DNA of 64,000 bases from Escherichia coli (GTDB taxonomy: Bacteria; Pseudomonadota; Gammaproteobacteria; Enterobacterales; Enterobacteriaceae). Below are positions 57,526-64,000 of the stretch, piece after piece. The notes under the pieces are model-generated. The model ran no database searches. It worked only from the letters and a program-made list of their open reading frames with translations, and was not told the origin of the DNA. Position 1 is the first letter of the stretch. Every line of letters begins with the position of its first letter. The translations under genes and the position numbers were made by a program. Location: the NCBI RefSeq assembly GCF_003991155.1, contig NZ_CP031293.1; one strand, given 5' to 3'.

Positions 57526-58746
57526 ATGACACCAGGCGGACAAGCTCAGATAGGTAATGTTGATCTCGTAAAACAGCTTAACAGCGCGGCGGTTTATCGC
57601 CTGATTGACCAGTACGGACCAATCTCGCGGATTCAGATTGCCGAGCAAAGTCAGCTTGCCCCCGCCAGCGTAACCAAAATTACGCGTCAGCTTATCGAAC
57701 GCGGGCTGATCAAAGAAGTTGATCAGCAGGCCTCCACCGGGGGCCGCCGCGCTATCTCTATCGTCACCGAAACCCGCAATTTCCACGCAATCGGCGTACG
57801 GCTTGGTCGTCACGACGCCACCATCACTCTGTTTGATCTTAGTAGCAAAGTGCTGGCAGAAGAACATTACCCGCTGCCGGAACGTACCCAGCAGACGCTG
57901 GAACATGCCCTGCTTAACGCCATTGCTCAGTTTATTGATAGCTACCAGCGCAAACTGCGCGAGCTGATCGCCATTTCCGTGATCCTGCCAGGACTTGTTG
58001 ACCCGGACAGCGGCAAAATTCATTACATGCCGCATATTCAGGTAGAAAACTGGGGGCTGGTAGAAGCACTGGAAGAACGTTTTAAAGTGACCTGTTTTGT
58101 CGGCCACGATATCCGCAGTCTGGCGCTGGCAGAGCACTACTTCGGTGCAAGTCAGGATTGCGAAGACTCCATTCTGGTGCGTGTCCATCGTGGAACCGGG
58201 GCCGGGATTATCTCTAACGGGCGAATTTTTATCGGGCGCAACGGCAACGTCGGTGAAATTGGCCATATTCAGGTCGAACCGCTGGGTGAACGCTGCCACT
58301 GTGGCAACTTTGGCTGCCTGGAAACTATCGCCGCCAACGCTGCCATTGAACAACGGGTGTTGAATCTGTTAAAGCAGGGCTACCAGAGCCGTGTGCCACT
58401 GGACGACTGCACCATCAAAACTATCTGCAAAGCCGCGAACAAAGGCGATAGCCTGGCCTCGGAAGTGATTGAGTATGTCGGTCGTCATCTGGGTAAAACC
58501 ATCGCCATTGCTATCAACTTATTTAATCCGCAAAAAATTGTTATTGCTGGTGAAATCACCGAAGCCGATAAAGTGCTGCTCCCTGCTATTGAAAGCTGCA
58601 TTAATACCCAGGCGCTGAAGGCGTTTCGCACTAATCTGCCGGTGGTACGTTCTGAGCTGGATCACCGCTCGGCAATCGGCGCTTTTGCGCTGGTAAAACG
58701 CGCCATGCTCAACGGTATTTTGCTCCAGCATTTGCTGGAAAATTAA
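57526..58746 (+). CDS. nagC: ROK-family repressor NagC
   Basis: 406-aa ORF. Confidence 0.97.
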   Translation: MTPGGQAQIGNVDLVKQLNSAAVYRLIDQYGPISRIQIAEQSQLAPASVTKITRQLIERGLIKEVDQQASTGGRRAISIVTETRNFHAIGVRLGRHDATITLFDLSSKVLAEEHYPLPERTQQTLEHALLNAIAQFIDSYQRKLRELIAISVILPGLVDPDSGKIHYMPHIQVENWGLVEALEERFKVTCFVGHDIRSLALAEHYFGASQDCEDSILVRVHRGTGAGIISNGRIFIGRNGNVGEIGHIQVEPLGERCHCGNFGCLETIAANAAIEQRVLNLLKQGYQSRVPLDDCTIKTICKAANKGDSLASEVIEYVGRHLGKTIAIAINLFNPQKIVIAGEITEADKVLLPAIESCINTQALKAFRTNLPVVRSELDHRSAIGAFALVKRAMLNGILLQHLLEN

Positions 58747-58793
58747 TGTGCTTTTATAGTGGCGCTTATTGTTGTCAATATTCTGGGTAGTCC

Positions 58794-59546
58794 ATGACCA
58801 TTAAAAATGTAATTTGCGATATCGACGGCGTGCTGATGCACGATAACGTCGCCGTACCGGGTGCAGCGGAATTTTTGCACGGGATTATGGATAAAGGCCT
58901 GCCGCTGGTGTTGCTGACCAACTATCCTTCGCAGACCGGGCAAGATCTGGCGAACCGCTTTGCCACTGCCGGTGTCGATGTACCTGACAGCGTGTTTTAT
59001 ACCTCTGCAATGGCGACCGCCGATTTCCTGCGTCGCCAGGAAGGCAAGAAAGCGTATGTGGTGGGCGAAGGCGCACTGATTCATGAACTGTACAAAGCCG
59101 GTTTCACTATTACCGATGTGAACCCTGATTTCGTGATTGTTGGCGAAACGCGTTCCTACAACTGGGACATGATGCATAAAGCAGCCTATTTCGTCGCTAA
59201 CGGTGCACGCTTTATCGCCACCAACCCGGACACCCACGGGCGCGGTTTTTATCCGGCCTGTGGCGCGTTGTGTGCAGGCATCGAAAAAATCTCCGGACGT
59301 AAACCGTTCTATGTTGGTAAGCCGAGTCCGTGGATCATCCGCGCGGCATTAAACAAAATGCAGGCGCATTCGGAAGAAACGGTGATTGTCGGCGATAACC
59401 TGCGTACCGATATTCTGGCGGGCTTCCAGGCGGGTCTGGAGACGATTCTGGTGCTTTCTGGTGTTTCATCGCTCGACGATATCGACAGTATGCCGTTCCG
59501 CCCAAGCTGGATTTACCCGTCGGTCGCTGAAATCGACGTTATCTGA
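58794..59546 (+). CDS. nagD: UMP phosphatase (HAD family)
   Basis: 250 aa MTIKNVICDIDGVLMHDN... Confidence 0.95.
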   Translation: MTIKNVICDIDGVLMHDNVAVPGAAEFLHGIMDKGLPLVLLTNYPSQTGQDLANRFATAGVDVPDSVFYTSAMATADFLRRQEGKKAYVVGEGALIHELYKAGFTITDVNPDFVIVGETRSYNWDMMHKAAYFVANGARFIATNPDTHGRGFYPACGALCAGIEKISGRKPFYVGKPSPWIIRAALNKMQAHSEETVIVGDNLRTDILAGFQAGLETILVLSGVSSLDDIDSMPFRPSWIYPSVAEIDVI

Positions 59547-59552
59547 ATAGCA

Positions 59553-59585
59553 ACCACGCCTCAGGGCGTGGTTTCTTATTTTTAG
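59553..59585 (+). terminator. Intrinsic terminator after nagD
   Basis: Stem ACCACGCC/GGCGTGGT followed by a T-run. Confidence 0.65.
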
Positions 59586-59802
59586 CCATCATTAAAATCA
59601 TCCTATTCAATAAAACCCGCCCAAAATTATCGATCCATCAATAAATACGTCACCACACCCTATCCTTTTTCACAAATCAGCAATCGCCATTACGTTTTTT
59701 ATTTTTCCACCGCCAAATCGCTTGCGCACAGTGCTACTTTGCGGCATTTTTTTAAACAAGCAAACACAACAAGCAACAAATACCAGGTTAACGGAGAAGG
59801 TT

Positions 59803-61467
59803 ATGTGTTCAATTTTTGGCGTATTCGATATCAAAACAGACGCAGTTGAGCTGCGGAAGAAAGCCCTCGAGCTGTCACGCCTGATGCGTCATCGTGGCCC
59901 GGACTGGTCCGGTATTTATGCCAGCGATAACGCCATTCTCGCTCACGAACGTCTGTCAATTGTTGACGTTAACGCAGGGGCGCAACCTCTCTACAACCAA
60001 CAAAAAACCCACGTACTGGCGGTAAACGGTGAAATCTACAACCACCAGGCACTGCGCGCCGAATATGGCGATCGTTATCAGTTCCAGACCGGATCTGACT
60101 GCGAAGTGATCCTCGCGCTGTATCAGGAAAAAGGGCCGGAATTTCTTGACGACTTGCAGGGCATGTTTGCCTTTGCCCTGTACGACAGCGAAAAAGATGC
60201 CTACCTGATTGGTCGCGACCATCTGGGGATCATCCCACTGTATATGGGCTATGACGAACATGGTCAGCTGTATGTGGCCTCAGAAATGAAAGCCCTGGTG
60301 CCGGTATGCCGCACGATTAAAGAGTTCCCGGCGGGGAGCTATTTGTGGAGTCAGGACGGCGAAATCCGTTCTTATTATCATCGCGACTGGTTCGACTACG
60401 ATGCGGTGAAAGATAACGTGACCGACAAAAACGAGCTGCGTCAGGCACTGGAAGATTCCGTTAAAAGCCATCTGATGTCTGATGTGCCTTACGGTGTGCT
60501 GCTATCTGGTGGCCTGGATTCCTCAATCATTTCCGCTATCACCAAGAAATACGCCGCCCGTCGCGTGGAAGATCAGGAACGCTCTGAAGCCTGGTGGCCG
60601 CAGCTGCACTCCTTTGCTGTAGGTCTGCCGGGTTCACCGGATCTGAAGGCAGCCCAGGAAGTGGCAAACCATCTGGGCACTGTGCATCATGAAATTCACT
60701 TCACTGTACAGGAAGGTCTGGACGCCATCCGCGACGTGATTTACCACATCGAAACCTATGATGTGACCACTATTCGCGCTTCAACACCGATGTATTTAAT
60801 GTCGCGTAAGATCAAGGCGATGGGCATTAAAATGGTGCTGTCCGGTGAAGGATCTGATGAAGTGTTTGGCGGTTATCTATACTTCCACAAAGCGCCGAAT
60901 GCCAAAGAACTGCATGAAGAGACGGTGCGTAAACTGCTGGCCCTGCATATGTATGACTGCGCGCGTGCCAACAAAGCGATGTCAGCCTGGGGCGTGGAAG
61001 CACGCGTTCCGTTCCTCGACAAAAAATTCCTTGATGTAGCGATGCGCATTAACCCACAGGATAAAATGTGCGGTAACGGCAAAATGGAAAAACACATCCT
61101 GCGTGAATGTTTTGAAGCGTATCTGCCTGCAAGCGTGGCCTGGCGGCAGAAAGAGCAGTTCTCCGATGGCGTCGGTTACAGTTGGATCGACACCCTGAAA
61201 GAAGTGGCGGCGCAGCAGGTTTCTGATCAACAGCTGGAAACTGCCCGCTTCCGCTTCCCGTACAACACGCCGACGTCCAAAGAAGCGTATCTGTACCGCG
61301 AGATCTTTGAAGAACTGTTCCCGCTTCCGAGCGCCGCTGAGTGCGTGCCGGGCGGTCCTTCCGTCGCGTGTTCTTCCGCTAAAGCGATCGAATGGGATGA
61401 AGCGTTCAAAAAAATGGACGATCCATCTGGTCGTGCGGTTGGTGTTCACCAGTCGGCGTATAAGTAA
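59803..61467 (+). CDS. asnB: Asparagine synthetase B (glutamine-hydrolysing)
   Basis: 554 aa from MCSIFGVFDIKTD... (N-terminal Cys nucleophile); upstream ORF extension rejected; GGAGAAGG RBS. Confidence 0.95.
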   Translation: MCSIFGVFDIKTDAVELRKKALELSRLMRHRGPDWSGIYASDNAILAHERLSIVDVNAGAQPLYNQQKTHVLAVNGEIYNHQALRAEYGDRYQFQTGSDCEVILALYQEKGPEFLDDLQGMFAFALYDSEKDAYLIGRDHLGIIPLYMGYDEHGQLYVASEMKALVPVCRTIKEFPAGSYLWSQDGEIRSYYHRDWFDYDAVKDNVTDKNELRQALEDSVKSHLMSDVPYGVLLSGGLDSSIISAITKKYAARRVEDQERSEAWWPQLHSFAVGLPGSPDLKAAQEVANHLGTVHHEIHFTVQEGLDAIRDVIYHIETYDVTTIRASTPMYLMSRKIKAMGIKMVLSGEGSDEVFGGYLYFHKAPNAKELHEETVRKLLALHMYDCARANKAMSAWGVEARVPFLDKKFLDVAMRINPQDKMCGNGKMEKHILRECFEAYLPASVAWRQKEQFSDGVGYSWIDTLKEVAAQQVSDQQLETARFRFPYNTPTSKEAYLYREIFEELFPLPSAAECVPGGPSVACSSAKAIEWDEAFKKMDDPSGRAVGVHQSAYK

Positions 61468-61475
61468 GAAATGCG

Positions 61476-61505
61476 AAACAGCCCCGGTAAAATCCGGGGC
61501 TGTTT
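61476..61505. terminator. Bidirectional terminator between asnB and the convergent 145-aa gene
   Basis: Stem AACAGCCCCGG/CCGGGGCTGTT. Confidence 0.55.
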
Positions 61506-61508
61506 CAG

Positions 61509-61946
61509 TTATTGAGGTGCTTGTTGATTCTGATATGCAGTAAGGAAATGTTCCGGGTTTGCCACATCACTGTTTGACAACTCATTACTGTAGGCCACCG
61601 ACCAGGTCGCCTGCTCATCCGGAATATGCAGGCTGCCATTCCCCTCTTTCAGGCGTAATAACTCAAAAGATTTGCCCTTAATTACGGCGGTATAGGATTT
61701 TTCACCTTCCTGTAATGCTTTCACTTTACAGCGAAAAATCTGGCCATCGATGTCATTATCAACATGCGATACCTGAATGAGGGCTTCATTAGAGGCTTTC
61801 GGCCCTATCCGCATCATCCACACCACAGCGCCTTCCTGCCCACGATAGCCAAAAACATATTTACCGATTTCCGGTTTGACCGTATCGGCAAACGCAGATT
61901 GCATAAGTAATAACGCACCCATCAGCGCCGTCATAAAACGCAGCAT
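61509..61946 (-). CDS. Hypothetical secreted protein (145 aa, cleavable signal peptide)
   Basis: ATG with GAGGGAA RBS; N-terminus MLRFMTALMGALLLMQSAFA-DTVKPE...; no family recognised. Confidence 0.65.
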   Translation of the reverse strand: MLRFMTALMGALLLMQSAFADTVKPEIGKYVFGYRGQEGAVVWMMRIGPKASNEALIQVSHVDNDIDGQIFRCKVKALQEGEKSYTAVIKGKSFELLRLKEGNGSLHIPDEQATWSVAYSNELSNSDVANPEHFLTAYQNQQAPQ

Positions 61947-62209
61947 AGTATTCCCTCAATAAATCGCCTGAAGTGGTAGCAGAGATGCAGGCGTAGCGAT
62001 CCCTGCCCTGTCCTGTTGCAACGGGCCAGTATTTCATAGATTAATTTCCCACCACTATTGTTGAATTCCGAATTTCATCCTGTATGACAAAAGAATGGCT
62101 GTAGGGTGGGGAAAAAACACAAAGTAAACAATAATTGACGAATATAGCGCCACGCTGTTCGCAACCTAACCAAACAGTCACTTTCGAGCAATTTTCCTTG
62201 AAAAAGAGG

Positions 62210-62246
62210 TTGACGCTGCAAGGCTCTATACGCATAATGCGCCCCG
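62210..62246 (+). promoter_or_regulatory. tRNA operon promoter (-35 TTGACG, 17-bp spacer, -10 CATAAT, GC-rich discriminator)
   Basis: Read from the sequence; the GCGCCCCGC discriminator is typical of stringently controlled stable-RNA promoters. Confidence 0.55.
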
Positions 62247-62278
62247 CAACGCCGATAAGGTATCGCGAAAAAAAAGAT

Positions 62279-62355
62279 GGCTACGTAGCTCAGTTGGTTA
62301 GAGCACATCACTCATAATGATGGGGTCACAGGTTCGAATCCCGTCGTAGCCACCA
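62279..62355 (+). tRNA. metT: tRNA-Met (elongator, CAU)
   Basis: GGCTACGTAGCTCAGTTGGTTAGAGC...CTCATAA...GGTTCGAATCC...CCA cloverleaf. Confidence 0.93.
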
Positions 62356-62363
62356 TCTTTTTT

Positions 62364-62448
62364 GCGGGAGTGGCGAAATTGGTAGACGCACCAGATTTAG
62401 GTTCTGGCGCCGCAAGGTGTGCGAGTTCAAGTCTCGCCTCCCGCACCA
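62364..62448 (+). tRNA. leuW: tRNA-Leu (UAG), long variable arm
   Basis: GCGGGAGTGGCGAAATTGGTAGACGC...TTTAGGT...GAGTTCAAGTCTCGCCTCCCGCACCA. Confidence 0.9.
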
Positions 62449-62471
62449 TTCACCAGAAAGCGTTGTACGGA

Positions 62472-62546
62472 TGGGGTATCGCCAAGCGGTAAGGCACCGG
62501 TTTTTGATACCGGCATTCCCTGGTTCGAATCCAGGTACCCCAGCCA
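62472..62546 (+). tRNA. glnU: tRNA-Gln (UUG)
   Basis: TGGGGTATCGCCAAGCGGTAAGGCACCGGTTTTTGATACCGG...CCA. Confidence 0.92.
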
Positions 62547-62580
62547 TATTCTTCGAGTAAGCGGTTCACCGCCCGGTTAT

Positions 62581-62655
62581 TGGGGTATCGCCAAGCGGTA
62601 AGGCACCGGTTTTTGATACCGGCATTCCCTGGTTCGAATCCAGGTACCCCAGCCA
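62581..62655 (+). tRNA. glnW: tRNA-Gln (UUG), identical copy
   Basis: Same sequence as the 62472-62546 copy. Confidence 0.92.
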
Positions 62656-62670
62656 TCGAAGAAACAATCT

Positions 62671-62747
62671 GGCTACGTAGCTCAGTTGGTTAGAGCACAT
62701 CACTCATAATGATGGGGTCACAGGTTCGAATCCCGTCGTAGCCACCA
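62671..62747 (+). tRNA. metU: tRNA-Met (elongator, CAU), second copy
   Basis: Identical to the 62279-62355 copy. Confidence 0.93.
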
Positions 62748-62795
62748 AATTCTGAATGTGTCGAATGTGTTCGGCAAATTCACAAACCAATTTGT

Positions 62796-62870
62796 TGGGG
62801 TATCGCCAAGCGGTAAGGCACCGGATTCTGATTCCGGCATTCCGAGGTTCGAATCCTCGTACCCCAGCCA
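62796..62870 (+). tRNA. glnV: tRNA-Gln (CUG)
   Basis: TGGGGTATCGCCAAGCGGTAAGGCACCGGATTCTGATTCCGG...CCA. Confidence 0.92.
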
Positions 62871-62907
62871 ATTTATTCAAGACGCTTACCTTGTAAGTGC
62901 ACCCAGT

Positions 62908-62982
62908 TGGGGTATCGCCAAGCGGTAAGGCACCGGATTCTGATTCCGGCATTCCGAGGTTCGAATCCTCGTACCCCAGCCA
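62908..62982 (+). tRNA. glnX: tRNA-Gln (CUG), second copy
   Basis: Identical to the 62796-62870 copy. Confidence 0.92.
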
Positions 62983-62985
62983 CAT

Positions 62986-63012
62986 TAAAAAAGCTCGCTT
63001 CGGCGAGCTTTT
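62986..63012 (+). terminator. Intrinsic terminator of the tRNA operon
   Basis: Stem AAAAGCTCGC/GCGAGCTTTT followed by a T-run. Confidence 0.7.
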
Positions 63013-63027
63013 TGCTTTTCTGCGTAT

Positions 63028-63110
63028 ATTCAATGTCGAATGCGATGTTGACACGTCTTATCCTTCAAAGTCGGATGCGACGCTGACGCGTCTTATCCGA
63101 CCTACGGTTG
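63028..63110. repeat. REP/BIME-like palindromic units
   Basis: CGAATGCGATGTTGACACGTCTTATCC and GTCGGATGCGACGCTGACGCGTCTTATCCGACCTAC resemble REP consensus. Confidence 0.5.
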
Positions 63111-63135
63111 GCATGCATCCGGCAATGTTGTAAGG

Positions 63136-64000
63136 CTACAACCCTAACGCATATTTCAGCGCCTGACGTTTCAACACGCCAGCACGCTCCGCCGCCATCA
63201 AACCAAGATTACGCACAAAACGCAGCGGCGGCAGATTATTACTGAATCCGGCATAAAACAGATCCATACCGCTTTGCATAATGAAGTTATCCGCCATACG
63301 CCGCATCTGGTAACGCTTGAGGACAGGATAACTGGCCCACGCTTCACCGTAGCTGCGGGCATTCACCAGAACGTCAATCAGCGCATCAACATCGCGATAA
63401 CCGAGGTTAACCCCCTGCCCCGCCAACGGATGAATGGTGTGCGCGGCATCGCCCACCAGCGCAAGCCCTGGTTGCACATACTGCAACGCATGGCGACGTG
63501 TCAGCGGAAACGCACCAGCGGCAAGCGGTGTCACGTAACCCAGACGCGACGGGAAATGCTTCGCGATTTCCGCCTGGAGCTGCGCCATATTCATATTCTG
63601 CAACTGGCGAATACGCGCCGGAGAGTCATACCACACCAGCGACGCCCAGTTATCAAACAGCGGCAAAAACGCACGCGGCCCGTCCGGAGTAAACTGCTGC
63701 CAGGTGCTGTCGCCGGGATCATTCTCGCACTGTACGCTAATCAACATACACGACTGCGCATACTGCCAGGCATGAACGCCAATTCCCGCTATCTGCCGCA
63801 CCTGCGAATTTGCGCCATCGGCACCAATCACCAGCTTCGCGCGGATCGTTTCACCGCCCTTCAGTTCCAGCTCCTGAAGATCATTATGGCGATGCAGCGC
63901 AATCAGCGAGCCTGGCACACGTAACGTTACTTTCGGATGCGCTTCCAGCGCCTGCCACAGCGCCTGTTGCAGGACAGTGTTTTCCACCATGTAGCCAAGC
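63136..64000 (-). CDS. ubiF: Ubiquinone biosynthesis FAD-dependent hydroxylase, C-terminal ~288 codons; 5' end beyond the window
   Basis: Minus-strand frame open to the window end; translation ...GADGANSQVRQIAGIG...HPLAGQGVNLGYRDVDALIDVL... Confidence 0.9.
   Translation of the reverse strand, partial: LGYMVENTVLQQALWQALEAHPKVTLRVPGSLIALHRHNDLQELELKGGETIRAKLVIGADGANSQVRQIAGIGVHAWQYAQSCMLISVQCENDPGDSTWQQFTPDGPRAFLPLFDNWASLVWYDSPARIRQLQNMNMAQLQAEIAKHFPSRLGYVTPLAAGAFPLTRRHALQYVQPGLALVGDAAHTIHPLAGQGVNLGYRDVDALIDVLVNARSYGEAWASYPVLKRYQMRRMADNFIMQSGMDLFYAGFSNNLPPLRFVRNLGLMAAERAGVLKRQALKYALGL

Noticed and set aside
62472-62982. Repeated about 75-bp units separated by short spacers (possible CRISPR-like array)
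   Set aside because: The units fold as tRNA-Gln and tRNA-Met genes with anticodon stems and CCA ends; no cas genes are present.

Overview
This window is an Escherichia-like chromosomal segment that is syntenic with the E. coli K-12 ubiF–asnB–nag–glnS–fur–seqA/pgm–speF/potE–kdp–phr–nei–gltA–sdh–suc region, presented in reverse orientation. All gene identifications rest on reading the supplied translations and the DNA by eye; no database search or computation was run. Most of the window is conserved core: sdhCDAB-sucABCD, gltA, ybgIJKL-nei, kdpFABCDE, speFL-speF-potE, pgm-seqA, fldA-uof-fur, chiPQ, glnS, nagE/nagBACD, asnB, a seven-tRNA array and the ubiF 3' end. Three places look accessory. 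The main candidate for an undescribed system is an 8-gene operon at 14.86–21.69 kb with a divergent GntR-family regulator (21952–22665), sitting between gltA and abrB where, from memory, K-12 carries the ybgD/ybgOPQ fimbrial operon. It encodes a TRAP transporter, a two-gene split UxaA-type dehydratase, two dehydrogenases and an RraA-like putative aldolase, which reads as a sugar-acid catabolic module of unknown substrate. The second is a stand-alone RtcB-family RNA ligase paralogue convergent with sucD, next to a 750-bp AT-rich spacer and a partial hutU. The third is a 145-aa signal-peptide protein gene between asnB and the tRNA array. No CRISPR array, transposase or integrase was seen.
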